A stretch of DNA of 63,999 nt, from positions 633,337-697,335 of the forward strand of contig CT868429.1 in the NCBI GenBank assembly GCA_000165425.1, given 5' to 3'. How positions within the stretch are numbered: the first letter of the stretch is position 1; each line of letters begins with the position of its first letter. Of the stretch, positions 28,201 to 41,998 are shown in pieces. Both the position numbers and the translations under genes were made by a program. The notes beneath the pieces were generated by a model. That model made no database searches and was not told where the DNA came from. It saw only the letters and a list, made by a program, of their open reading frames with translations. The stretch is from Paramecium tetraurelia. Its lineage: Eukaryota.

Positions 28201-31200
28201 CGAAGCATAATCACATTATTCTTTTATAATTGTAGTTGGCAAAGAAACAAAAGAACCTAATAGATCCAAAAACAATTCTCCATCAAAACCATTAAAATTG
28301 GTTATGGCTGGTGGATCAAAACTAATCTCTAAAATATTGCTACCTCCTCCATTAGTTGTGTGCTTAAAATTAGCTCCGAAGGATTCCATTTATTGTTCAT
28401 AGACTATCACTGAACCAGTAAATATATTTTTGACTACCCCATTGTTGTCTATTAATTAAATAGTGACAGGGAGTAAACCATAAGTGGTAATTTTAACTGT
28501 CTAGACTAAAAGATAGAATTCTTGTTAAATTGTGCTTGGGTCAATGCCTGTAATTTCCAATTTATCTGTACCTGCTACATTGCATAAAGGAGTTCCTGCA
28601 GATGAACCTTCTGCAATTGATATTGAACATGAACCAGAACCACTTATCATCCCTTCAATAAATACGTAAAGTTTAAAATTGGTTGTATCCATCGTGGAAA
28701 TAGAGGGAAGTTAGAAATGTAAATCATTATCCACATTTTTAACTCCTGGTTTCAATATTATTGACAATATTGATTATGAAGATGTAACTGAAGCGAAATT
28801 TTATGATGATATGATAGACACTGGTGTCTTCACATCCCAAGATGGCTTAAGGGTATCTGGAGATATTTCATAACCATTATATCTATTTTTCAAGGAGAAT
28901 GTAAATGTGACAACACCTGATGCTCCAATAGTAGAGGGCAAATACCCATAAACATCGAACTTAATAGTTGTTTAGGCTTTTAAGTATGAAGATAATAAGG
29001 TGAAAGTGGTTATCGATCCTGCTGCATTTGTGTAGGTGACTGATGTTATTCCTCCTGATTTTAATTCTATTCTCTATACCTAAAACCTTGTTGGATCTGT
29101 ATCTAAAATCAGTTGTCCCCCCATTGGAATATTGTGACCACAAGTGTAAACAAGTTCAAATTTATAAAATGAATATGGGAAGTATCTCGCTGCTGTTGCA
29201 TCAGCTACATACAAGGATCCTGCTGAAGCAGCCGTATATGGGAGAGTGGGATTAGATGCAGGGCTATAGGAACCACACACCCTTGTTAAACATGCATAAA
29301 CTTAAAATGCCAAATTTGTATAAGTTGTGACTGCGCTATACACTTAATTGATATTAGCCAATACAATATTTTGATTTAAAGTGCAAGCAGTAAGACCAGT
29401 GAATCTCTGTATAATCCAATGTGCATAGATTTCCAAGACACTTGTGGTTGCACATGTTCCTCCTGTTGTAACAGTTGCACTCGATATGTCGTAATAACCA
29501 ACTGGGAATCTATAGGCTACGTAAGAATATCCATCAAAAGCAGTTCCTCCAAAGTTTACACCGCTAAATGTAATTAATGTTGTTCCCTAAACCGTTGCAC
29601 TGGTTGGTGTTATTGTTGTTGTCATTGTAGAAGGATCAAGCACTAAAGGAATTACAGCATCTTCAAAATAGTATGCCTCTAATTTATTATTGTTTACATC
29701 AGCAGTGTATAAAAAGACATCTGCTGAAGCTGCAGAAGTTGGCAAAGTTACTTATTCAATTACTATTTATAAGGGTTTCCCGCTTATATCACTAGTAAAT
29801 GATTAAATTACAATCAATGTTTGGAAAAATTCACCAGAATTCTTAAAGATTCTGCAATTCAAACCATTGTTTTATAGGTCTGAATTTATTGAATAACATC
29901 CTGGATACAGATCACCACTGTTATAAACTGCTGATTATTAAAGATTTTCTTAGAACAACTTAGTAGTACCATCGATTGCATAATTAGGGAATGCTATTAC
30001 AATCTTACCTGATTTCGGAATTAGCACTGAATTTTTAAAGGAGAATAATAGAGCAGTTTCTGTATAACCAGTAGTTTTTATTCCTGAATTTACTATTCTC
30101 AATTATGTATATGTAAATGACTCTGTTGGTAGTATTTCAAATCTTAAATTTCCAGTGTCACCATTATCTTAGGTTAAAGTTGCTGTAAATACTCCACTAG
30201 CTCCAAACATTAACCCATGATTAATACTATTACCCCTTGAACTTATTGTAACTTTGTATTAAATGCTTGCAGCAAAAGTTACAGGTGAGACTGGCATCAA
30301 CATGATAACATCAAGAGAATTAGTTCCATAACAATATGAAAATTTATGAACAAGTCCTGTTGCTCCTTCTATCGTACAATATAAAACAGCACCTGCTGGA
30401 ACAGAAACTAAAGCTAAGGCTGGAAAACTTACAGTAATTTTAGTATTAGCAGTTGGAGTTGTTTTAAAAGATAAATGAAAAGTAAAAGGAGATATTTAAT
30501 TTTTTCTTGCAACTGTTGGATCTTTTGTTTTCCAATCAAGTGTTTTAAATGATGCATAAGATTACACGTTGAAAGCAGAAGCAGCAGATGTCCATAATTC
30601 AATAGTTCTACCTGTATCCTTCCAAGCTTTGAAATTCCAAAGTGCTGGACTCAAAGCAGATGAGGAAGTTTTGCAATATGTTTCAAATATTATTTTTTCT
30701 CCCACTTTTATAGGTTCCCAACCAGTTATTGTAAGTTGAGGTCTTCCAGTAAATCCAGTAATGGTGGATGATGCAATTACACTGGTCTAAAGATTGTCAG
30801 CAGTAACAAACTTTGCATTAGTATCAGAAGTACTTAAGGAGTAATCATATGCAGTGAAACCAGAGGGCAAAAAGATGTCGATAATTGAACCATATGGTAG
30901 TGTAATTGATTATGTGGGAATGGTGATTTCTACTCGTACTCTGATTTCAGTGCTTTTTGGTATCGTAGTGTTGTCAGCATAGTCAATGGGAGTGACAATA
31001 GTATTATATGCAGTAGCAGCCAAAGTAGGTAATAGATAATCATTAATAGCAGCATAAGTATAAATTGTAGTTATAATTCTATCCTTAACAGCATAAGCTG
31101 TGCACACAATTCCTGTTGTAGGAACCTATATGGGATTGTTACTATTTTTAAACTTCAAATTAGCTTAGGCTTAAATAGTGCTCAAGGGTTTAACAACGAT

Positions 31201-34200
31201 CCAATTATTGCCTTAAGATACTCTACAAACATACACAGAACCTGATTCACATTGAAGATTTTAAGGTTATGGATCGAAGTATGGTTAAGTATATTCAAAG
31301 ATAAAGAAATCATATTCTTCAGTATTTTTTAGTTGAATTGCGGATTGCATTTTCAAATCAAAGGTGACTGATTGATCAAATAAGGTATCAGAGGACTTTG
31401 TTGGTTTTGGTAGAGTTCCAGTAGTAATAGTGTAATGCTTTAATGTCATATCATAGGAAAAGCTCTAGTCAAGTAATAAATTGCTAGCGCCATTGTAGGA
31501 TTCTAGTTTCATTTCAATGTGTTTGTCATCCCCAATAACATCAGGAGTATAGAATTGATCGATATCGAATTCATAATATTTATCAGTTCCTGTGAATGGA
31601 GGACTAATAACTCTGGAAAAGAGTTCTTGGTATCCTGTTGTAAATGATGGATCAACATTCAATGAGCCAATCCACCCTTGTATTAAAATGTATGCTGGTT
31701 ATCCATAGACCCTATTGCCTAGATATAATTTGCAATCCAAAACTGTGGAGGGAGGAAACCCATTTCTGGCATAGCATTAAATTGAATCGCCATCCTTTTT
31801 ACCAGTCCCTAAATCATCCTAATACAGAAATTCTGATTCCTCAGAGAGAGTTGGAAATGATAATTTTAAGTAACCTCCTCCAAAAGTCCCTGTTGAAATA
31901 GGTACAGAAGTTACAGGATTGAATCTACACAACCATCATATTCTTCGATTTCACATTAGTGATCAAGGAGACACATTCAAAATACTTAAATGCCTACTTT
32001 TATGGAACAAAGATATCACTATGTTTTAATTCAAGAGTTGTATAAATATCAAAAGTATAAGTATTCATAGCTGGCAATTAGAACCCTCTACTTCCATCAG
32101 CTGAATTCTAAGTATCAATTATGACTCTATATAAAGTATCCTTTTTGATTTTTGTACTCAAAGGTGTGTACATTGATAAGATTCTCGTACTTTTGTCATA
32201 CAAACATTTCTCAGCAGGCAAGAAGTTATCATTATGATTATCAAACCATGGTGAATCATCCCATAAACAAAGATATTAAGAACATCTAACCTTATTGAAA
32301 AGAATTGGAAATTTGATAAACAGTATATCACCTGCTGCGAGATCATTCTATAAATTGATTCTGAATTCTATGCTTCCATACAAAGTAGTTCTTCCTCTTA
32401 CTCTGCTTCTATAAGGTGTATCCCAATATTCAATATTAGTTTATGCAGTCAAAGCAGGTGTTGCAGTATCTCCATATGTAATCAATTTATTTAGTGGACT
32501 TTCATTCAAATACCAAGTCTTAAAGTCCCAGTGTTCAGTAATCGTCACTGTGTTATCAGGATTTTCCATTCTGACTTTTATTATTATTTTTCCAGGACCA
32601 ATGAATTTGTTGAACCCAGTAATTAGAAGTTGACTATTGGCTCCATCGTATGCACATTCGAATCCCACTTTAGATAATACTGATCCACTTGCAACATCAT
32701 TTCTACATCCATTTTCTCTTATCGTAAGTCCTGTCGGTATTTTGATTGTTATTGCTCCAGTTGTAGGTATGTTTTTTGGGTTTGTGACTGTAATAGTGTA
32801 ATCTGTTATTGCTTCATAGAAACACAAAGTGCAAGTAACAGCTGGAGTGACTGCAACTGCATTTAAAACTTATGTAAAATCAATCTTGTAAACATATACT
32901 AATTTAGATCGAGTGAAGACATAAATCTTGATTGGTGGATCAGATGTTGCTACAAGTACCTTGAAGGGTGGTGTTTTAATTGTCACGGAACCAGATTATA
33001 AAGAGTCTGCTGTGATTCCACTATCTGGGTACAACCCTATGTATGGACCCAATGGATAAGAATAACAGATATTACCAGCCGGGAAGGAACATGTAATTAG
33101 GCCATAAGGTAAATCCCAATTTGGAGGTATTTCAAACAAAATCATATCTGCTCCTCCACCCATGTTGTAATCTTTGCTTCCATATTACAATGATAGTGTT
33201 GCGACTGTATCAATTGTAGCAACAGAGAATGTAGGATTAACTGCTGCTGCCCACACATTTTATAAATCATCTTAGACCAATGCTGGTATGTCAACTGCCA
33301 ATTTATTGAAACCAGGCTATTCTTTAGTCCTTCCAAAGGTTCCATTAATTAAATCATAATCAGATGATAATATGAGTTCACTTGTACCCGTAATAGCATC
33401 AGTTTTTTAGACTTGAAGTGTAATCTTAGTTAATTCATAAGTTGAATTAGGATTGAAAATGTTTGGCAAATGTATCTCTCCATTTGTATTTACATTGATT
33501 TGATCAAAATCAGTGATAATTACTTTGGTAGGATTTGGATAACTACCATAAAACAGTCGACATTTTAGTTAAGTAGCGCCAGGTAATAAAGTGAAACCAT
33601 CTTAAATGCAAGGTAATTATGTTCTGTGAGGCAGTCCAGTTCCTAAATCTTATTCAAATCCATTTGTGAAAGTTGGCCAAATGGTTCTATGGAAGAGAAC
33701 TATAATTGAAATTGGATCAGGATTATCTGAAGGTGGAATTGTTATAGTATTTGTAAAATATAGTCTAAACACTGACATTCCCTAAAGTGTTGCAGAGGGA
33801 GTAACAGGATCATAACCAACTTTGTTTGCAGACCAAACCCAAAATACTCTGAATTTAGGAGGATCTATTGTCATTACCTTTCTAATAAATTAATTTGTTC
33901 CTGTATTAACAGTTTCAATTTTTAATTTGTATGTTCCAGCTTTGTTGTGATGTAATCCTTCTTAATAAGTTGATGAATAATCTGCTCCTCTTGTACTAAT
34001 CATAACTAAGTGTTCTTGATTGGCTATCATTCCCTATGTTAAAGGCATAGCCATTGTTATAACACCACCTGCCCAATCGCAAAATCTAGCTAAATGACCA
34101 TCCAATCTGCAATGAGGATAAGCTCCTTATGGCATTGAAACAGCAGTAGTATTGAAGGTAAATACTAATCGAGGAGCTGTATTAGTTGTGTAATCAGGAA

Positions 34201-37200
34201 TATTATGATTTGTTTTTACATGCATATAGAACTCCCCCCTTGTTCCTTCTCTTGCCTTATCATTAATAATTATGAAGTCCATCCATTCTAATTTTGGTGG
34301 AAAACGCTTAGGACCAGTGATATCGATTCCATTTAATACAGGGTTAGGTGGATAGGCAGTATTATAAAAATTGTCTACATTTGAAGCAGTTGATGTTGGA
34401 ACAGTGGCATCAAAATAGGTTTATATTCGAATAGGATTAGCAGTAGTAGAAGCCAATCCAGTTTTACCTCTGAATGATAAAGTAAATTTAGTTAGGACTG
34501 GAATCTCATTAAATTTTGTTAATTGATAATATTTTGTTCCACTTACATCCACTAAATTACATTCATGAGTGTGTCCTAATCTTTTAGGTGGACTTGTAAC
34601 TCCTGACCAGACTTCGCATGTCGTTGTATAATCTACCAATCCATTCTATACTTCTAATTCAACAAGACCATTTGCTGGAATTTTGTGGCATGTGGTAAAT
34701 GTTGCTCTGAAAATGATCCAAGAATCAAAATCCATATCTACAACCTAAGATCTATCGGCATTCATTCCCACAGCTGTTTTTGGTAAAATGTCAAATTGAG
34801 GTGGACCCAATATGCCACCATCAATAAATATGTTTGATGTTGGGAAAGTGATTCTCTTCATTTTTCTGTTTTGATTCCAGTATATCAATTTTATATCAAT
34901 TCCAGGAGTATAAATTATGGGATTATATATGTTTGACAATTACACTGGACCATTTGCTGCTACGTTTCCAGAATTAACTATGATGAAATAATAATACTCT
35001 CCTGTGAGAAAGTGATCAATTAAATAAACAGTACCTTGAGGACTAGTGGCTGTGACTCCAAACTAATTGGGAAATCTAGTTTTATCTGTAAACTTAATTA
35101 ATATGTGATCTGGGGTTTAATTTGCGCAATAAGGATAGTTAGTAGTACCTGTATTGCATGCTGTTATCACTTCTGTATGCTAAAATTACAATGTCCATGT
35201 TGTTAATTCGCAAATTTATTTTCTTGTTGATAAAAATGTTGCTGAAAGTGTTAGATCTTATACATCTTTTGCCAATGTTGGAGGACTAACAGTTACATCC
35301 TTATAAACATCTCCCTGTTTAATAAATCCTACTGATTATTTTAGGTAATTCATCATATAAGGCTCATCTAATTCTGTTGTCCAAGCAGATGATACTGTAA
35401 CAAAACATTACATATCATAAGCTGTACAGGATTTAACATTTGGTATTACAACAAACACATTTGTTCCTGTGTTTACTTTTGAACTGAATCCTCTTACTTA
35501 TAAAATTGCGTATTTTCTAGTAGTTCCTCCTGAGAAAACCCAGCATTGAATATTAGGATGACTTGCTCTGATACTTACATAACATGGTATTCTCTTTTTC
35601 CCATCATTTCCTAATCCGAATCCAAGATCATTTGGCCATGCAGCAGATGACTCATAAGTTGAATTTACTGTGCTCATATTGAAATTAATTGCCCCTTCAT
35701 ATGGAATTGGTAACATTACAAGCACATTTGAATAGCATACCATATCAGCATCCACTTGATCAACGGATGTACATTTTATGTAAGTGGTTGGTGCAATAAA
35801 TTAATCCGCTGCTATTTCCATTGTATATAAATCTTATTCTAATGGTGTTTAATCAAATGTGTTATATACACCATCATTAAATGTTAACACTCTGAAATCA
35901 AACCTTCCTGGGATTGGAGTGATCTAAGAAACAGCTACTGAAATTGGTAAATCGCAATTACCAAGTCCTGAGTTTGGATCATATTTCAAATAGTTTGTAG
36001 ATGTTGCAGTTTTAAAACTGAACCTTTATAAGTAATAATTGCAAGTTGCTGCTATTTCTGCTCCAAAATTACAAGTAGGTGTGCTGCCAACAACATTCCA
36101 ACCATTGAAGTATTATCCGCTCATTCTCCACCATAATGGGATCTAAAAGTAGATACTGCCATAACTTGTTGGTGAAGTAGTTAATTTTAATTATTTGCTA
36201 GGCATAGGGTATAATCGGAAATCCAATGGTCCGGTCTTATCCAAAGAAATATTTTGCATTTATTTATATAAATCTATTGCAACAAAGTAAGGACTCTAAA
36301 TCTAGGATATCTGAATAGATCCAGCTTCAACATTTTGATCGATTCCTTTGTAATTACTACTTGTCCCACTTACAACTGGAACTTTCCCGAAAGTAGAATA
36401 TGTGTAAATTTGACAGTATTAGTACAATTTTGAAATTGAAGGATTGACAGCGTAAATTTTAAGAGTAATTTCTTAAGGTGAGAACGATGCAAAATCTGTT
36501 ATTGTTATTTTCTGGCCGCTAGTTACACATGATATTGGGGTTGTTCCATTTTGAGATAATCCAGATATAATTCTACAAGTTGGATCCAAAGTAAAACCAT
36601 CAGGAATGATGTAATCGATTCTTCCAGTGTAAGGAATTTTGTTTTGTGGAGTGAATTTAATTGTGTAATCAATTCTTAAATTTTAATTTAAAGGAGCGCC
36701 AGCAATAGATGGATTAATAATCTAGCCAGGAGTGATATTTGTAACACCAACGTTGAAGTATTCAATTACTGTATTGACTAAAGGTTCTAATGTTTCGAAG
36801 ATGAATGGATCTGAATCTCCTGATGCAGAAGGATTTATAACATTCTTCAGTTTCACTTTATGTTATCCTTTAGGCAAGGCTGCATCTATGGCACTAAAAT
36901 AAATTCTTCTTCCTTCTACTTGACAATTTAGATTTTATAAAGTATCTACTAAAACGCATTCAACATTAGATATATCGAATCCTTCAGCTATTTCAGCCCT
37001 AAACCAACTTCCTTTAATTAAATCTATTGTTGTAGTAAACTAAATCACGTAATTCGTAACATAACCTCCTAATTTTGAACCATCATTTATTATTTGACCT
37101 TCAGAAGCTAATTGATTTTAATATATGCATACCTATTGTATGTTTCTTGTAAACTGGTGCAAAGCCAACTGTACCAAAATTTAAATTTTAGTCCACTGGA

Positions 37201-37738
37201 ACAGTATCCCTTAAAGTTATTATTTGAAGATAGCCGCTCGATTTCCCTCCTAATCCTACTGGATTTTTGTTATATTTTATTCTGACTTTCTAGCTACCAG
37301 CATTAAGAGGTTCTGAACCGAAAAATATTGTAATTGTTCTGTTGCTAATTGTATAGTAGTTTGTTGCTGGTATAGTCACCGCTGGCTCCACATAAGGTAT
37401 GCATGTCGTTGTAGTTGAAAATGTGTATTCGATGTAGCATTCCTTATCAATATTCGTAGCCTAGTGATATATTATTAGAAGTTCCTTACTGCCATAACAT
37501 CATCTTATAAAAGACGCAACTATGTTCCATCAAATTCCTAAGGGAATGTAATTTATAATCTTCCATTTGAAGAAATTCTTGTGCTCACAGATAAGAAAAT
37601 ATCGTAAAAAGTATAAGCATCTTCATTATTTCTGTAAGGTACTATTGGATTAGCACGATCAGGGTAAATGAAATCTAAAATATAATAAAATTGAAGACCT
37701 GCTATGATTTCTGTAATAATTGCAAAAAGTAAAATCAT
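16227..37738 (-). CDS. Giant (~7,100 aa) secreted/surface-anchored beta-rich repeat protein with one internal 1-nt frame break
   Basis: Signal MILLFAIITEIIAG. Supplied ORF fragments lie in one frame from 35755 to 32441 and in a second frame from 31662 to 16393. Introns at 37461-37489, 37108-37132, 16532-16557 and 16346-16368. Hydrophobic C-tail STLLSIIMIILCIG-TGA. Spliced length 21,409 nt = 3n+1. Not every codon was checked. Confidence 0.8.
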
Positions 37739-37970
37739 ATTAAAAATAATTAAATAATCATCCCTATTCTCCCTGCCTAATATTAACCACACATCAGATT
37801 TTAACAAACACACACAAATAAGGAGTACTTAATTAATAACAATTACTTTAAACAAGAGTAATTTCTAAATTAAATTAATCCTTAATAAACCCTACTCTCC
37901 TATACTTTTTTAAAAAATTTTCTTTAATAATTATAAACATCATTAAGAAATAAATTTATTATTATTATTA

Positions 37971-38819
37971 ATGTAAAAAAATGTCATTTTAAATTACTTA
38001 TAAAATGGTTCTTCATTTTATCCTTTTGGAGATGAGCCTTCACAAAATGATATGAGTTTTGATCCTTTCATTCCATTTCAAAAAGAAAGAGATAAAACAG
38101 GGAAATTGATTAAGAATACAGATTCAAATTTTGTGAAAATCAAAAAGAATACGTAATAATATTATACTGACCACTCATATTCCAACATCGATTTACTAAA
38201 TTCTAATAAACTTAACACTGAAATAGATTAATCAAAATAAATTCCTTTGATAGAACCTATTATGTAATTACCTTTAATACATAAACCTCAATTATAAATA
38301 TCAACTTAGGCTATTTCAACTTCTAAGTATACCTTAAATTAGAATTTAATTGAAATAGGCTTATAATTGAAAAAATTGAAAAAAAAATCTTCTCTTTAAA
38401 AGGTCTCACTGTTAAGCAGAAAAACCAAGTCTTTGGCTTTTTAAATACCATCTCTTGGAATTTATGATCCAATTCCTTATTCTAAACACTTGCCAAATAT
38501 TCAAATCAAATCAAAAAAAGCAAGGCAATAAATAGAGGAAATTTCTCCAAAAATCTTAATATCAATTCCTCCTGTGTAGAAAAGTAAAAAGAATGATTTT
38601 GAAATGATGTTTGCAAAATAAATGGCCTCTATTAAACGATAAGTGGATTATGAAATGTAAAGAAATCCTAACTAATTGTTTAAAGTAGAAAAATTTGATA
38701 TATAACAAAATTTAGATCTAGAAGAGGCTGATTAACTAAAAAACCGTATGAAAAGATATTTTTAAAGCGTTAAAGATAGCTTTATAAAAATAAAAAATTT
38801 GATGAACATCAAAAAATGA
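37971..38819 (+). CDS. Uncharacterised intronless protein (282 aa)
   Basis: MQKNVILNYLQNGSSFYPFGDEP... to ...MNIKK-TGA; 849 nt, a multiple of 3. Confidence 0.6.
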
Positions 38820-39017
38820 ATATTTTAAATTTAAGTATTTTAATCAAGATATATCAAATTGTGACTTCTAAAGGTGTAATTCTAACATAAAACAATATCT
38901 AAATAGTTAAAAAATATCAAATTGTGCAATTATAAATAATTTTGTATCTTTTCTGTCAATTACAAAAAATTATTTTTTTAATTATAGTTTATTTACATTT
39001 TAATTAAAATTAATCAG

Positions 39018-39540
39018 ATGAATCAAAATAATCCTTAATTTAACAATATACTATTCGCTATGAAAATTATACTTCTTTGAATAATGTTTCTCTATTATCC
39101 TTAGCCTTTTGTTTTTAAGACTAGAAAGATCAGATAAGAAATGTTTACTGACGCTTATATTTTTTATTAAAGATGATTGGTTTAGGTCTATGTGGTTAGA
39201 AAAGAGTATATTTATGGAGTCTCCTAGCGAAGGGAGACAAAGTAATTAATCTTTATTCAATTAGGATTAAATAGTAATTCTAATAATGAATCAATTCATT
39301 GTTTAATTAGAAAATGAATTATTATTTTCAGAAGTATCATTATCGTTATTCTTATTCTGGATACTCCTTATTATTAATAGAGCTAATAGTTTAATTTTGA
39401 AATAATCCTAAAAAACTGACTTAAGGTAGTAAATAGTTGTACTTATTTTTTGTAGAATGAAATAATACTTATTTTATTGAAATAATCGTAACAATTCAAC
39501 AGAAATTTGGGTGTAAAGTTAAAAAGTTTTTGAATTTGAA
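39018..39540 (+). pseudogene. Possible decayed gene fragment
   Basis: Coding-like stretches (KDDWFRSMWLEKSIFMESPSEGRQS) broken by TGA and frame changes. Confidence 0.25.
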
Positions 39541-39922
39541 AACTAAAAAATATAATTATAAATACAATTGAGAGAAATTGCGAATTTTTTTTTTTGAGTA
39601 ATTATATATATATAATTGTTATTATTTTAATGGTTTATTATTTATTCAGTTTTTTTATTTATGAAATTTCTTAGAATTATTCGTTAGTATCTTGAGAATA
39701 TATTTTTCGATAGATTATTATAAATTACAATTATCATATCTTATAAATAAATTTAATTTCTCTGATAAAAAAATTAAATAGTTACATCATTTGTAATACT
39801 AAAAATATATAATTAAAAATCTTTAGCATTATTGAAATTTCGAAATATTGTGTCTTTATTCTCGATAATAATCATAGATTATGTTTCTTTATAATACTTA
39901 ATATATTTTAAAATCAAATTTA

Positions 39923-41998
39923 TCAAAAATTTAAAATGTCTATATAATTAGCAATTTCTTATAAAATTTTTTGGTTGTTATTACTTCTCTAAGAATTCTA
40001 TTCTTAATTAGTCTATTAGCTAAACTGTGGTTTAGGGATGATTTTAATTAATCCTTTGTTTTGTTAAGCTTACGAATTATTCTATTAACTAAATTTATTT
40101 TCTAAATAGGACAGCAATTTCATTCCAATTGAAATATGTATAATTTTAAAATTATAATTAGAGAATTCAGCATATCTTATCTAAAAGTGTAAATTTTCAT
40201 AAGATTATTCGTTATCAGTTAAAATTAATAATTGAATTTGCTTTTTTTTTAAATGTAATTTGTCTTTCAAGGAATCTAATAAAAGTTTAAATGACTGAAA
40301 TTCGATTTTTTCAAAATCCTTATTGTTATGTATTTTGAAGTTTGTTGTAGGATTATTGTACCAATAAACCTCCATTCGCTTTTTTTGCGATATCTTAGAA
40401 AATATCTCACCATAACTTTTTAGAAATGGATCGGTATATATTTTCAATTCCTCCCTTTTATCAATTACAAAAATGAGATATTTTTCAAGAATGGATTCCT
40501 AATTGTTAAAATTAAGTAAAGGTAGGTAACTTAATTAAAAATAAGGATCTAATGGGTTCTAAATATCTAAGTCTAGAGTTGATATTTAATTGATTAATAA
40601 TTTTATTTCATTTAGGCTATTTTCAGTTTATAGCCTTTTTAAGTATCGAAAATATTCATTAATTTGAAATAATTGTTAATATTGCTCAATTGTAGAAATA
40701 TTAAAATATTCTGAGGAAAACACTTCTTTTGACAGCTTAATTAAAGATCCTATTAATTCTTAGAGTGTTTTTTATAAAGTATTAGGAGGTAAGGCTTCCA
40801 AAACCTAAGAAATGTTCTTTATGCAATATTTAAGTATTTTAGTATATTTAAAAAAAAATTCGATTTCATATTCCTAATTTTATTTTGAATTGTTAAAAGT
40901 CAATAATATTTATAATTGGGTCTTTATATTCAGAGCAAAGTTTTGAAATTGACCTTATGATTCAGTAATTTTTGAATTATCAAGAAAATCCTTAAAATTA
41001 TTCGGGTTATCACAACTAATTAAATACTTGAACTATTCTATCTAATATTATGACGAAATGATGTCTTAATTATTATAAGCAAATTCTATTTATTCCATAA
41101 TTTTTAAAATTAAATTGACAATTTCTTGTTCTTAAGTATGTTCTGCTTTTGATTCAATGTTAATTTTTCTAACAAATTATATTGCTTGTTAAAATTCTTA
41201 AATAATCTGATCAATCTGAAGGTCTATATTGGCATAAATATTTTATATAGATTTCCGTAAAAATTACAATATAGAAATTGTTGAATTGATGCTTTCTATT
41301 TATTGGTCCCCTATAATTATCTTTTAATCACTCCATGCTAAAAACAGTTCGTTTGATGCAATATAATTTTGAGGTTATCTTAATGTAATTGAGGTAAACA
41401 CTTCAAAGTTGAGAAAATGCTTTTGAGGAGTCATTATTAAATTTTGACTAATTTATTGAAATGCATATTGCAATTCCTTCTTAATTTATACATAGCTTTG
41501 ATAATCGGAACGGGCAATTTAAAAAAATGATTGGGTTTTGAAATCTTAATTTTAAATCGCATCCTTTAAACTATTTATTAAGGTTATTGGAAATTAATTT
41601 CCAAATGCTATACAAAGTATTTAGACTGTGAAATGTAATTTAATCTATTGGCATAATTCCATAATAGCATTAATATCAAATGGCTCTCTTCCATCTGTGA
41701 CCAATGTAATCGTTACATATTAAGTTGGAAATTCATTTTATAGCATTAATTGAAATAGTTAAGCTAGGGCCATAGTTAGATTTCCTCGTTCTTCATTTAA
41801 ATATGGATGTATGCTAGTCAAATTTGTCGACCATTAATATTATATTCTTTAAGTTTCTAACAAGTATCCAAATGTTTATTCATATGCTTAAATGATATAT
41901 TTATATTCCCTATTCATAGAAGAAGTGCCATCAATAAGAGTTATTGGGATAGAAAGGACTTTTTAAATCTCTGGTGCCTAATAGAAATTAAAATTCAT
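39923..41998 (-). CDS. von Willebrand factor A domain protein (~690 aa)
   Basis: MIDAS-like ITLIDGTSSM and ITLVTDG. A second degenerate vWA-like segment (FVIDK...LLILTDNE) is in the same frame. TGA at 39923. Confidence 0.7.

Noticed and set aside
39540..39920. Very AT-rich stretch as a retained IES or transposon
   Set aside because: No interrupted gene to define TA boundaries, and no terminal inverted repeats or transposase seen.
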